A stretch of DNA of 64,000 nucleotides from contig BTVV01000008.1 of the NCBI GenBank assembly GCA_045863855.1, forward strand, positions 32,001-96,000. The letters are read 5' to 3'. The translations under genes and the position numbers were made by a program. Numbering within the stretch: the stretch's first letter is position 1; every line of letters begins with the position of its first letter. This document shows, piece after piece, positions 48,385-58,729 of the stretch. A model generated the notes under the pieces. It saw nothing but the letters and a program-made list of their open reading frames with translations, did not search any database and was not told where the DNA came from. Source of the stretch: Planctomycetota bacterium. GTDB lineage: Bacteria > Planctomycetota > SZUA-567 > H5-PLA8.

Positions 48385-48582
48385 GGTATTAATCCCGGTA
48401 ATATGCTTTGTTTGCCGGTAGAACCTTGACCTTCTTTCTACTCCGCAGAAACGCCACTTGCCGCGAGAAATAACCGGAATTTTACTGCCCTGGTGCAAGT
48501 AAATAAACCGGGAAAATACCCATCGGGTGTTTATGCATTATATTAATTTGACAATGCGTAATATGCATGATTGAATGCCCTC

Positions 48583-49374
48583 ATGATTGCTGATCTCGCG
48601 CGCACCGCTTCCGACCTGGCACCTTCCAAGGCGCTCACCCACGGCTTGGAGATCCTGCGACTTCTCACCGAAGCCGGCCGCCCGATGACTTCCACCGAGA
48701 TCGCGTCCAAGGTCGGCCTGCATCAGAGTTCGGCCTCGCGCATTCTGCGTACGCTGATGACCGCCGGCTACGTGCGCAAGCCCGACTACCACAGCTTTGC
48801 CGCCGACTACGGTGTGCTGACTCTGAGCGCCGGCGCGCTCAAGCACTTTCCGGTCGTCTCGCGGCCGCGCGCAGCGATGCACGCATTGGCCGAACGGGCG
48901 TCCGGGCTGATGTGTTCGCTCGTCACCTTCTGGCACGGCCAGTTGATCTACCTGCTGCGCATGCAGCAGGGGCACGAGCCGGTCCTGGTTTCGGCCAGCG
49001 GATTTCCGCTGCATCTCTCGTCGCCGGGGCTGCGGATCGTGCTCGACTGGCCGGAAGAAGAAGCGCTGGCCGCGCTGGCCACTTCGCGCGCGCGGGTGGG
49101 CTGGGAGCGGCCGACGGCTGAAGTCCCCGCCGACGAAGCGGCGTGCCTCAAGCGCGCCGCCGGGTTGCTCCAACACGATATTCTGGCGCTCGCCGGATGG
49201 CAGGGCCCCAACCGGCTCACCGCCGCGATACCCGTCGAAGCCGATGGCGAACCGCCGCTCGCGCTGGCGATCAGCGGACCCGCCGACGCGTTGCCCTTCG
49301 AGACCGTGATGCTTTTGATGCAAGAAGGCCGCCGCGCGGTCGAGGCCGCGCTGCGCGAACCCGCGAAACGCTAA
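48583..49374 (+). CDS. IclR-family transcriptional regulator
   Basis: ALTHGLEILRLL...EIASKVGLHQSSASRILRTL wHTH; PLHLSSPG; ALAISGP. Confidence 0.88.
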   Translation: MIADLARTASDLAPSKALTHGLEILRLLTEAGRPMTSTEIASKVGLHQSSASRILRTLMTAGYVRKPDYHSFAADYGVLTLSAGALKHFPVVSRPRAAMHALAERASGLMCSLVTFWHGQLIYLLRMQQGHEPVLVSASGFPLHLSSPGLRIVLDWPEEEALAALATSRARVGWERPTAEVPADEAACLKRAAGLLQHDILALAGWQGPNRLTAAIPVEADGEPPLALAISGPADALPFETVMLLMQEGRRAVEAALREPAKR

Positions 49375-49403
49375 CGCACTCTTAACTAAAGGAGAATCGT
49401 ACC

Positions 49404-50252
49404 ATGCTCAACCGTCCCGCCGCTCCGCACCTGACCGCCGATCAGAAGGCGCGCTTCGAAGAAGAAGGCTTTCTGGTCATCAAGGGCGCGCTCGACGCCC
49501 CCGCGGTCGCGCATTTCACACGCCTGGTCGACGAACTCGATGCGCGTGAACGGGCCGCACGTGCCATGGCATCCGAAGATTTCGTCGAGACCCGCAACGC
49601 GATCCATAAGGAGCACGGATTTCTCGAACTGCTCGACTGGCCCGGAGCGTTTCCGCTGGTCGCCGAACTGATGGGCCCGGCGATCACACTTTCCACCAGC
49701 CACGCCATGGTCCGCCCGCCGCAGCCCGCCGACACGCCGGAGAACTACAAGCGCATCGGCTGGCATCGCGACGGCTGCGCCGAGGTGCTGCCGATCCACG
49801 GTACCTACCCGTGGATTTACACCAAGATCGGCTACTTCCTCTCCGACCTTTCCAAGCCCAACGGCGGCAACCTGCGCGTAATCCCCGGTAGCCACCTGAA
49901 GACCACGTGTCCGCCCACGCCCGCGGGAGCCATCGATCCCGTCGGCGCCGTCACGGTGCTCACCGAGCCCGGCGACGCGGTGATCTTCCAGCAGCGCCTC
50001 TGGCATGCGGTGGGGCCGAACACCAGCCCGCATACACGCAAAAACATTTACATGGGCTATTGCTGGCGCTGGGTGAAGCCGCTGGATTTCCTCGTGCCCG
50101 ACCCTGCGCTGCTGGCGCAAGCCACGCCGATCCAGCGCCAACTGCTGGGCGAATACACCAGCGAAATGGCCTTCTGGCTGCCCAAGCCGAACGAAGTCCC
50201 GTTGCGCGAATGGCTGAAAGCGCACCAGGAAGCCGCGTTGCAGCCGGCCTGA
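49404..50252 (+). CDS. Phytanoyl-CoA dioxygenase (PhyH) family Fe(II)/2OG oxygenase
   Basis: F...GFLVI, WHRD (HxD), GNLRVIPGSH, LWHAVGPN...R; AAGGAG RBS. Confidence 0.9.
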   Translation: MLNRPAAPHLTADQKARFEEEGFLVIKGALDAPAVAHFTRLVDELDARERAARAMASEDFVETRNAIHKEHGFLELLDWPGAFPLVAELMGPAITLSTSHAMVRPPQPADTPENYKRIGWHRDGCAEVLPIHGTYPWIYTKIGYFLSDLSKPNGGNLRVIPGSHLKTTCPPTPAGAIDPVGAVTVLTEPGDAVIFQQRLWHAVGPNTSPHTRKNIYMGYCWRWVKPLDFLVPDPALLAQATPIQRQLLGEYTSEMAFWLPKPNEVPLREWLKAHQEAALQPA

Positions 50253-50337
50253 TGCGAAGGGCGGGCCTTAGGCCCTCTGCGCTTTCAGGTAGGCCTCTAG
50301 CCTCGCCAGGAGCGGTTCACCGGTTACGGTTCCGTTC

Positions 50338-51735
50338 CTAAGGCGTTCCTTCCGGCGCAGAGGACGTACTCGCCGCCGGACTGGCGCCATCCGGAGTCGC
50401 CTCGCCTCCGGCGCGCTTCCCGGCGCCGGGTTTGCGGCGCATTTTTCGGAGCACCTGTTCGCCGCTCGCTTCGTCGCGGCGCAACTGGCGCAACAGGAAG
50501 TACAGGCCCACCACCATCGCCGCGGCCATGGCCAGCACCCACGTACCGGTGCCGCTGTCGGGCAGTTCCAGCCGCTTCACCTCCAGGGCCGCATAGAGCG
50601 GCATGGCGTCCCAAACCTGGTCCTGGCGCACGAAGCTCCAGCGCTGCATGAACAGGCCGTGCCAGGAGATCACGTCCGGATTCTCCACATCATCCTTGCT
50701 CATAATGTTGCGTACGTCTTGCGGGACCAGCACCGCGTACTGCTTGAATTTGACGTCGCGGCAGATCAGCAGCCACGTGTAGCGCACGCCGCTGTTGTTC
50801 TCCTGGTCTGCGCTCCAGTTGTAGATGCGGTATTTTCGGATCAGGCTGCCTTCGAACAAATACGGCATCCCGCGGTAATCGCGGTAATGCTCGCTCATCA
50901 CGTTATTAAAGTGCGCTACGCCCGCGCCGCGGCCGTGCTTCTCGATCAGCGCCGCGCCGCGCGCTTTCTCGACCTCTTCCAGTTTCACCGCGTCTCCGCC
51001 GATCGTGCGCAGGTAGCGGATGAACATATGCAGCACCTGCCGGGCTTCGGTCAGGTCGTTGGCGTCCGAAAGGCCGCGCTTGGATTTCAGGTCTTCGTCG
51101 AAGACGTGTAGAAACGCATCTTCCCAATCTTCGCTCTCGGGATTCAACTCGGGCAGCGGCGTAAACTCCGCCTTCAGGCCCTGGAACTCCATCTGCCGGC
51201 CTTCTTTGTTGGTGAACATGCGGCGGTCATCGCCAGGTGTCTTGGTCTGTGCCGTTTCGCCGTGTGGAGTGGCCGGGTTCGACTCGCCCTCCTCGTCATT
51301 CTCCGCATCCGGGCTCTTCGCCTCTTCGCCCGTTTGCTCCGGGCTTTTGGCTTCCTGCCCCGCCGGCGCCGCGGGCGCTTCTTCCACGGGGATGAGCGGC
51401 TTGCCGTCCGGTCCGGTCAATTGAATATCCGATTGGCCCTGGGGCGACGGATACGCCGACTTCGGCAACGCCGGCTCCTTGCCTTCTGTCGCTTCGGTAA
51501 TTTGCTCCAGCATCCCCTCGGCGCGCTGCTTGCCTTTGTCGCGGAACATTACGAAGAGCGCCGCCAGCATCACCGCCAGCACGAACATGCGCAGCAGGCG
51601 CTTCTGCAGTTGGCTGTTCTCGTCGTCCGTCTCGTGCTGCATCCACGAAAGCTCGGAGACGTTCCGCGGACCTTGCCCCGGCCGGCGGCTGCCGTCGTCG
51701 CGGCCCGGAAGCTTGAACTTGGGAATATCGGACAA
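50338..51735 (-). CDS. Hypothetical protein with N- and C-terminal TM helices
   Basis: GGGAGG RBS before TTG 51735 (MSDIPKFKLP); TM helix, acidic linker, globular domain, second TM helix. Confidence 0.7.
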   Translation of the reverse strand: MSDIPKFKLPGRDDGSRRPGQGPRNVSELSWMQHETDDENSQLQKRLLRMFVLAVMLAALFVMFRDKGKQRAEGMLEQITEATEGKEPALPKSAYPSPQGQSDIQLTGPDGKPLIPVEEAPAAPAGQEAKSPEQTGEEAKSPDAENDEEGESNPATPHGETAQTKTPGDDRRMFTNKEGRQMEFQGLKAEFTPLPELNPESEDWEDAFLHVFDEDLKSKRGLSDANDLTEARQVLHMFIRYLRTIGGDAVKLEEVEKARGAALIEKHGRGAGVAHFNNVMSEHYRDYRGMPYLFEGSLIRKYRIYNWSADQENNSGVRYTWLLICRDVKFKQYAVLVPQDVRNIMSKDDVENPDVISWHGLFMQRWSFVRQDQVWDAMPLYAALEVKRLELPDSGTGTWVLAMAAAMVVGLYFLLRQLRRDEASGEQVLRKMRRKPGAGKRAGGEATPDGASPAASTSSAPEGTP

Positions 51736-51996
51736 GACACACCTCCCGAACGGGCCTTCGCAACGTGCTCTAAAACCTAAAACGTGCATCCCGGGCATTC
51801 CTTCCACGCAATCACAAACCAATTCCAGAGCGCAGGTTCAATCCGCAAGTTCAAGCTGCCGCTGGATTTCAATGTAGGCGCTGATGCACATGCGCGCAAG
51901 GTGCCAGGGCCGCTTACCTTCGCGTGCCGGTAATCAATGGAACGCTCGAAGGATGCCTGGATTGCGGGAACTTCCTTATGAGTATTAACTGTTTTT

Positions 51997-52018
51997 GGTG
52001 TAAAACACTTAGAACACT
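51997..52018. promoter_or_regulatory. Candidate GntR-type operator
   Basis: Tandem TAAAACACT/TAGAACACT repeat with an overlapping GTGT-aaa-ACAC dyad, about 20 nt upstream of the GntR start. Confidence 0.45.
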
Positions 52019-52037
52019 AGTTGGAGCGACCCGCCTC

Positions 52038-53123
52038 ATGCCTCAGGGTTTGGATGCGCCGCGCGCACTAAAGGACCAGATGGCCGCGCTCTTGGAACGC
52101 GAGATTGACGCCGCGCGCTACCCCTCGGGCGTCTTGCCCTCCGTCCGCGTGCTGGCCGAGCGCTTCGAAGTGAGCGTGCTGACCGTCGTCGGCGCGCTGG
52201 AATTGCTGGAAAGACGCAAGCGTGTGGAGCGGGTGCACGGAAAGGGCGTCTTCATTCGCGACCGCCAGGGACGCTCGCGCAAACTGGGTGTCCGGAACTT
52301 CCGTATCGGGGTCTTCGGTTACAGCCCATCCGGGGCCGCGGGCTATTATGGGGAACTCTGGGGCGGCTTGTCCGCGGCGGCGGGGCCGCGCGTCTCCCTT
52401 ACGTATATGAACTTGGCCGCGGGCCGCGAAGTCGCGTCCATACGCGCCGCTCAGGCCCGCTTGGCGCTGGACGGTGCGATTCTGGTGGGCATTCCCGACC
52501 GCTCCGTGGTGGATTCGATTCGCCGCAAGCGCTTTCCCGTGGTGCTGGCCGATCATCATTTCCAAGGCGCGGAATTCGACTGCGTCACGCTCGATTCGGC
52601 CGCCGGTTCGCGCGAGGCCGTTCGCCACCTCGCCGCGCTGGGGCATCGCCGCATCGGGTTACTGACCTCCACACGTCCCGAATACAACGCCGAGCGTATG
52701 GCGGGTTTTGTGGACGGTTTGCGCGAGGCCGGCCTGCCATGCGAGACGGCTTGGGTGCAAGCGTCGCACCAGGATTTCCGCAGCGGCGCGGACGCGTTTC
52801 GAGCCATTTTACGCATCGCTCGCCCCGCTCCGACCGCTTGGCTGACCTGGAGCGAGACTCAGGCGCTGGGCGCACTGGAGGTCTTGCGGGAAGCCGGCCT
52901 GCGCGTGCCGCCGGATATGAGCATCATGGCATGCTCGGGCGCTACCTTGCTGGATTTCTGTCCGTCGCTCAGCGCCGTCATAGGCGATGGGCGCGTGCTG
53001 GGCGCCGAAGCGCTGCGGTTGCTTCTGCGGCGCATGGAGGAACCGGACGCGGCGCCGCAATGCGTACGGGTACCCATGCGCATTCATGCGGGCGAGACGA
53101 CGGCCGCGCCTTCCAAGCGCTAG
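52038..53123 (+). CDS. GntR wHTH regulator with a LacI-type periplasmic-binding effector domain (AraR-like)
   Basis: LPSVRVLAERFEVS..TV..AL..L...GKGVF plus GHRRIG and RVPPDMSI. Confidence 0.88.
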   Translation: MPQGLDAPRALKDQMAALLEREIDAARYPSGVLPSVRVLAERFEVSVLTVVGALELLERRKRVERVHGKGVFIRDRQGRSRKLGVRNFRIGVFGYSPSGAAGYYGELWGGLSAAAGPRVSLTYMNLAAGREVASIRAAQARLALDGAILVGIPDRSVVDSIRRKRFPVVLADHHFQGAEFDCVTLDSAAGSREAVRHLAALGHRRIGLLTSTRPEYNAERMAGFVDGLREAGLPCETAWVQASHQDFRSGADAFRAILRIARPAPTAWLTWSETQALGALEVLREAGLRVPPDMSIMACSGATLLDFCPSLSAVIGDGRVLGAEALRLLLRRMEEPDAAPQCVRVPMRIHAGETTAAPSKR

Positions 53124-53148
53124 AAGCCGTGAGTAAAAGGAGCGAAGG

Positions 53149-55782
53149 ATGAAAGCCACCGCGATCGTGCTGGCCGCGTTTTGGGCCCTCGCTGTATTCG
53201 AAACGCGAGCCGAGGAAGAGGCGTTGCCCGTCTGGCCGCAGCCCGGCGCGCGCTTCCCCGCCGACGCCAAGCCCCTCGAATTGCCGCGTGAACGCACCGG
53301 GGAGGCCGTCTGGGACAAACCGCCCGCCGTGATTTCGCCGTACGCGAAGGATTGGTACGATTACCGGCCGCAGGTCTGGGGGCCGGAACGCCGCATCAAG
53401 GATCTCGCCAAGTACCATGCCGCCTTGCAGGAGATGCACGTATGCGGCGGCGTGGTGGTGGGAAGAGAAAATCCCGGGCCCTTCGAGGCGACGCGGTTCC
53501 CGTTCTATTCGACCAACCTTTGCAACCAGCTTTATCTACGCAACAAATCCGGCCGCGCCACCTCGAATGCTTTCAAGGCCGAACGAATCGATGCGAATCG
53601 GGTGCGCGTGCCCAGTCTCGAAGATCCGGCCTTGATGGCCTCCGAAGAACAGAGCGCCGAAAACGCGGCCCGTATGGCGGCTCCCCTGCGGCCCTTGAAT
53701 TACGATCTGCGCGACGAAGCCACCTATACCAACGGTTCGGCTAGCCCCTTCGACTACGACTTTTCCGAAGTCTCGCTCAAGCACTTCCGGCTTTGGCTGC
53801 GCGCAAAGTACGGCACGCTGGAGGCGTTGAATGCGGAATGGGGGAGCGGCTATACCGATTGGAATGCCGTGCGCCCGATGAATTCGGATGACTTGTTGGC
53901 CAAGTTGCGCCAAAACCTCGCCTCCGCCAATCTCGCGCCGTGGGCCGACCATCGCGAATACAACGACGACACCTTTCAATCGGCCGTCGCGCGTTATCGC
54001 CAGGCCATACACAAGCACGACCCGAACGCCCCTGTGGGCTATTCCGGAACCCAGATGCCTTCGGCTTGGGGCGGTTTCGACTTCTGGAAGATGGGCCTCA
54101 ATCTATCCTGGATCGAGCACTACGAGATTCTGGGTTCCCGCGAAGCCATACGCTCCTTTATGCCGCGTTCGCATCCGGCCATCGGCGTCATTCCCTACAA
54201 CACCATCGAAGCCGGCTTGCGGCGCATGTGGTACCTGGTGCTGCACGGAGATGCCGGTGGGCTGGTGTGGCCTTACACCGGGAACGATACGAACCAGACC
54301 GTGCTGCTGGATGTTCAGGAAGAAGCGGTCGAACTCACTGAGAAAGGACGAAATCTGAAAGCCATTTTTGCCGAGGCGCGTTCCGGCATTCCGTGCCTGC
54401 TGCGCCGCTCCGAACCGCGGCATGAACCCATCGCCATTGTGTACTCGCACGCGTCCATTCGTTGCGCGTGGCCCTTCGAGGTCCTGCGCGACGGCGACAC
54501 CTGGATCAATCGCTACAGCTCTTACGAAGGCAGCCACAACTACAGCGCCATCGGACGCGAAGGGTATTACAAACTGATCGAAGATCTGGGCTGCCAATAT
54601 CGCCTTGTCTCCAGCCGCCAGGTCGAACTCGGGGAGCTGGTTTCCGGCGGTTATAAGCTCGCGATTCTGCCGCGAGGGATTGCGCTGTCGGCGGAGGAGA
54701 TCGTGGGTTTGCGGACGTTCGTCGAGCAAGGTGGAGTGCTGGTGACCGATCTCATGCCCGGCCGTTTCCAGAGCAACGGCCGCCAACCCAGCACCGATGC
54801 TTGCGCCGAACTCTTCGGACTCAAACGCGGCGCCTTCGATTGGGAGCAGGAGAGCAAGCCTGAGGACGAAAAGCGCGGCTACGTCGGCGGCTTCGGCCGC
54901 AAGCTGGAGCTTAAGCTTCAGGAGCCTTTTCACGATCTCCCGGCCGGCGAAGTCCTGGCGATCCAGGGCTTCCAGGAACCCGGTCTCGAGGCAGGCGCGG
55001 CTCAGCCGCTGGCGCGCACCGCCACCGCTCCGGCTTTGCTGCGCCACGCACTGGGAAAGGGGTTCGCATTCACGCTGAACTTCGATATTCCCAACTACCT
55101 GGCCGAACGAGCTTCCGAGCAGCCCGCCGCCGCCACGGCGCCCACGCGCCGCCTCTTCGCCGCGTTGCTCAAGCAGGCCGGTATCGCGCCCGCGGTTACG
55201 GTTCGAGCCGGCCAGGAAGGCACGCACCCCATTGGCCTCGAGGTCTTCCGCTATGCGCTTGGAGCGGGCGATCTGGTGGCCGTGCATGCCAACGGCAGCG
55301 TGCGCATCGAAATCGACCTGGCCGATTACGGCCCCGATGTCAAAGTAGCCGCGAAACGCGAACTTCGCCTGACCTTGCCGCGCAAAGGATTCGTCACCGA
55401 AATGCGCACCGGCAAAGCGTTCGGAAACACCGGCGAATTGAGCGTGCACTTGGAACCCGGAATGCCGCTCCTTTTGAGTGTGCTTCCGTATGAAGTGAAG
55501 GCGCTCGCTGTGGATGCGAGTGCGGGCAAGATCGTTGACGGCAAGCTGGAACTAACCGCCTCGATCCAGGCCGACGGCGAACGGATCGACCATGTGGTTC
55601 ACGCGGAACTGGTGGACGCGCAAGGGCGCGTCGTCCCGCAAAGTGTGGTGAATTTACCGCTGAAAAACGGAAGCTATTCCGGGGCTATCGACTGCTCCTT
55701 CGTGCCGGGTCCGGGACCCTGGACCTTGAAGCTTCGCGATGTGGCTTCCGGCAAGGCCGCGGAACGGTCCGTATCCAGATAG
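53149..55782 (+). CDS. Secreted GH42-like glycoside hydrolase with a beta-galactosidase trimerisation-like domain
   Basis: Signal peptide; FRLWLRAKYGTLEALNAEWGS, DLRDE; IAIVYS...YKLAILP...FVEQGG trimerisation domain; AAGGAG RBS. Confidence 0.75.
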   Translation: MKATAIVLAAFWALAVFETRAEEEALPVWPQPGARFPADAKPLELPRERTGEAVWDKPPAVISPYAKDWYDYRPQVWGPERRIKDLAKYHAALQEMHVCGGVVVGRENPGPFEATRFPFYSTNLCNQLYLRNKSGRATSNAFKAERIDANRVRVPSLEDPALMASEEQSAENAARMAAPLRPLNYDLRDEATYTNGSASPFDYDFSEVSLKHFRLWLRAKYGTLEALNAEWGSGYTDWNAVRPMNSDDLLAKLRQNLASANLAPWADHREYNDDTFQSAVARYRQAIHKHDPNAPVGYSGTQMPSAWGGFDFWKMGLNLSWIEHYEILGSREAIRSFMPRSHPAIGVIPYNTIEAGLRRMWYLVLHGDAGGLVWPYTGNDTNQTVLLDVQEEAVELTEKGRNLKAIFAEARSGIPCLLRRSEPRHEPIAIVYSHASIRCAWPFEVLRDGDTWINRYSSYEGSHNYSAIGREGYYKLIEDLGCQYRLVSSRQVELGELVSGGYKLAILPRGIALSAEEIVGLRTFVEQGGVLVTDLMPGRFQSNGRQPSTDACAELFGLKRGAFDWEQESKPEDEKRGYVGGFGRKLELKLQEPFHDLPAGEVLAIQGFQEPGLEAGAAQPLARTATAPALLRHALGKGFAFTLNFDIPNYLAERASEQPAAATAPTRRLFAALLKQAGIAPAVTVRAGQEGTHPIGLEVFRYALGAGDLVAVHANGSVRIEIDLADYGPDVKVAAKRELRLTLPRKGFVTEMRTGKAFGNTGELSVHLEPGMPLLLSVLPYEVKALAVDASAGKIVDGKLELTASIQADGERIDHVVHAELVDAQGRVVPQSVVNLPLKNGSYSGAIDCSFVPGPGPWTLKLRDVASGKAAERSVSR

Positions 55783-55826
55783 CCCCCGTTGCAATCGGGG
55801 CGCTCTGCGCGCTAAACTTGCTTTCG

Positions 55827-56519
55827 ATGAGCACGCCTGCGCCCATCGCGTCGGCCGAAGGCGCTTCGGCGTCCGTCGCGGCGCTGCATGCGCAGATTCG
55901 GCTACAGGTTCGTCTCACCCGGATACGCATGACTTGGTGGATCCCGCTGATTTTTGTGGCAGGGTCGATACTTTCCACGCTGGCACTGGGCACGACGATA
56001 TATTGGGCTCCACGCGGCAACTGGCCGTGGGGCACGCTTGTCTTCCTGGGCTTCTTCACCCTCTTCTTTACTTGGGGCGTCTGGAACGCCTACACGTGGC
56101 CGTACTTCATCAAGCCGCGGGTGGTCCCGTACTTCGAGCGTGAACTCGAACGCTACGGCGGTTCCACCTCCGGCGTCTTCTGGCGCGGCCGGGCGTTGTT
56201 TGCAAACTTTGCCTTACTCGAACGGCTGGCCGAAACCGCCGGAGTCAAGCCGCTCTCCGCGTACGGCTTCACCGACGACTACTACCTGCAGCCGGTCGTT
56301 TGGCATTCCACCGCGGAAGGGTGCGCTACGGTCGAAGCGCTGCGCCATGGGCTTTCCGCGCCGAACCCGGACCTCGCAGCCGATCTCGATGTCCTCAGCG
56401 CGACGCTGCGCGTGGCCCAGGAGCAAGGCGTTCGCTTCTGCCTGGTGCTTCGATTGGATTCGAGCGACAGCCTGCAAGCCGTTTGTACCCGCGAAGAACG
56501 ATCAGGCCGATTCTGGTAG
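55827..56519 (+). CDS. Hypothetical membrane protein (two TM helices)
   Basis: Two hydrophobic helices followed by a soluble domain; fills the gap on the coding strand. Confidence 0.65.
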   Translation: MSTPAPIASAEGASASVAALHAQIRLQVRLTRIRMTWWIPLIFVAGSILSTLALGTTIYWAPRGNWPWGTLVFLGFFTLFFTWGVWNAYTWPYFIKPRVVPYFERELERYGGSTSGVFWRGRALFANFALLERLAETAGVKPLSAYGFTDDYYLQPVVWHSTAEGCATVEALRHGLSAPNPDLAADLDVLSATLRVAQEQGVRFCLVLRLDSSDSLQAVCTREERSGRFW

Positions 56520-56652
56520 CGCTTTGCGTGAAAGGTAAGGCGCTACGAACACCGATCCTGATTGCATGGGCGCAGGAGGCCGATAGAAGTGCATTGCGTG
56601 TCTCGCTGCCGGAGGAATAGCGAGCGCGGTGGCGGAAGGGGTTCGTGCGGCC

Positions 56653-58716
56653 ATGAACAAGAAGACCAAGCCTCGCAAGAAAACTCAATCGTCCAAGATC
56701 CCCGATCGTGCCCGGCGCCCAAGCGTCCCCCGTGATCCCGAAGCCCAACGCCGCATACGGCGGATGATCCGTCCTCCCGAGTTGAACAAACACGAGCAAG
56801 TCTTCTGGTCGGTAGGCTACGGCGACGAACTCTGGGACCTGTTCTGCGCGTGCATCGCGGGCGATCTGGGCGCGGTCAAGAAGCTTCTGGCACGCGATCC
56901 GGCGCTGGCGCGCGCTCACTACGAGTACCGCACGCCGCTCTCCTTTGCCGTGCGCGAGAACCGTCTGGAAGTCGCCGCATGGCTGCTCGATCACGGCGCC
57001 GCGCCGTTCGGCGTGGGCGGCGATCTGATTCGTACGGCGAAAGACCGCGGCTACGCCGAGTTGCAGGCCATGCTCGAGTGCCGTTTGGCGGAACGCCACG
57101 GCGCTTCCCGTAAGGGCGAGCGCATCGCCGCCGCGATCCGTGCGCGCGACCCGGTTCAAGTGCGCGCGCTGCTCGACGCCGAACCCGACCTCCTGCACGC
57201 CGGCGACGAACGCTCCAACCGGCCGATCCACTGGGCCGTTATGACCCGCCAGCCCGACTTGATCGACGAACTCCACGCCCGCGGGGCGGACCTCGAAGTG
57301 CAGCGCGGCGACGGCGCGCGCCCGATCCAACTCACCAACGGCGACTATCACTTTCGTGGCTGGCGCGACGTGCCCAAGGACCGTGCCCCGAGCCCGCGGG
57401 AAATCTACGAGCACTTGCGCGCTCGCGGCGCGACGGTGGACCTATGCACCGCTTGCCATTTCGGCGATCTGAAGCGTGTGTGCGCGCTGCTCCGGAAAGA
57501 CCCCAAGCTCGCCAACCGGCCTTCGGATTACGTCACCTATTACGCCTGCTCCGGCACCCCGCTGCGCAACGCCGCCGGCGGCGGGCACCTCGAGATCGTC
57601 AAGCTGCTTCTCGATCATGGCGCCGATCCCAACCTGCCCGAGGAAGAGATCGCGCCGCGCGGGCACGCGCTCCATATGGCTGTCTGCAACGGGCACATCG
57701 AGATCGTCCGCTTGCTGCTGGAACGCGGCGCGCTGCCGAACGTCGAGATCGAAAGTTCCGCCGACACGCTCAGCGCCGCGCTATCGCGGGGCAACAAGCC
57801 GATGGTCGAGCTGCTGTGCTCTTACGGCGCCGCGCGGCCCGTGCACTTGCTCGCATACAGCGGCGATATCCAGACGGCCGCGGCCGTCTTCGCCGCGAAC
57901 CCCGAAAAGGCGGACAACCCGCATGCCCTCGAATGCGCCGCCGGGCAGGGCCACGAAGGCTTCGTCCGTCTGATGCTGCGCCACAAGCCCAAGCTCGCCC
58001 AACGCGTGGCCGTCGGCGTGCGCCACCGCGGGCCGGGCGATCCCGTCAAGACCAAGAGTCTGACCGAGCATCTCTTCGAGCAGGGCATGGATCCCAATTT
58101 CCCGAGCTGGCTGCGCATCACGCCGCTGCATCGCTTCGCCGAGATCGGCGACGTCGAGAACGCCGCGATCTTCATGGCTCACGGCGCCAACCCCAACTTG
58201 GTGGATCTGGAATTTCAATCCACGCCCCTGGGCTGGGCCGCGCGTTGCGGGAAGGCGCGCATGGTCGAATACCTCCTGAATCACGGCGCGAACCCCGCGC
58301 TTCCCGCCGCGCCCGCTTGGGCGCGGCCCCGAGCGTGGGCCCAAACGCGCGGGCATGCCGAGGTGCTCCGGATCCTGGACGCATTCGAAGCTTCGGGCCA
58401 GCTTCCGCGCCGTGTGTTGGAGGAGTACGAAGCGCTGGCGCGGGATTGGCAGGACGCCTACGCCACGGGCGAAGCCGGAGCCATACAACGCCTTGGCGGT
58501 CACTTTCAATTCGAACGCGACGGCGAATGGGACCGCCGGCCGCTCCATGAACGCGCGCAACGCTTGAAGCGCCATGCGCGCGATCGGTTGCTGAAGCACG
58601 AACCCGCGGCCGGGGAGCCCGACACGCTGACTCCGGATGAAGCACGGTCGCTGGTTGCTCGCGCGCACGGTTACGAGGCGTGGAACGAACTCGTTCGAAA
58701 GAGCGCGAAATCGTAG
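56653..58716 (+). CDS. Ankyrin repeat protein
   Basis: Multiple TPL..A...G....V.LLL.HGA.PN repeats. Confidence 0.9.
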   Translation: MNKKTKPRKKTQSSKIPDRARRPSVPRDPEAQRRIRRMIRPPELNKHEQVFWSVGYGDELWDLFCACIAGDLGAVKKLLARDPALARAHYEYRTPLSFAVRENRLEVAAWLLDHGAAPFGVGGDLIRTAKDRGYAELQAMLECRLAERHGASRKGERIAAAIRARDPVQVRALLDAEPDLLHAGDERSNRPIHWAVMTRQPDLIDELHARGADLEVQRGDGARPIQLTNGDYHFRGWRDVPKDRAPSPREIYEHLRARGATVDLCTACHFGDLKRVCALLRKDPKLANRPSDYVTYYACSGTPLRNAAGGGHLEIVKLLLDHGADPNLPEEEIAPRGHALHMAVCNGHIEIVRLLLERGALPNVEIESSADTLSAALSRGNKPMVELLCSYGAARPVHLLAYSGDIQTAAAVFAANPEKADNPHALECAAGQGHEGFVRLMLRHKPKLAQRVAVGVRHRGPGDPVKTKSLTEHLFEQGMDPNFPSWLRITPLHRFAEIGDVENAAIFMAHGANPNLVDLEFQSTPLGWAARCGKARMVEYLLNHGANPALPAAPAWARPRAWAQTRGHAEVLRILDAFEASGQLPRRVLEEYEALARDWQDAYATGEAGAIQRLGGHFQFERDGEWDRRPLHERAQRLKRHARDRLLKHEPAAGEPDTLTPDEARSLVARAHGYEAWNELVRKSAKS

Positions 58717-58729
58717 CGGCCGATAGGAG

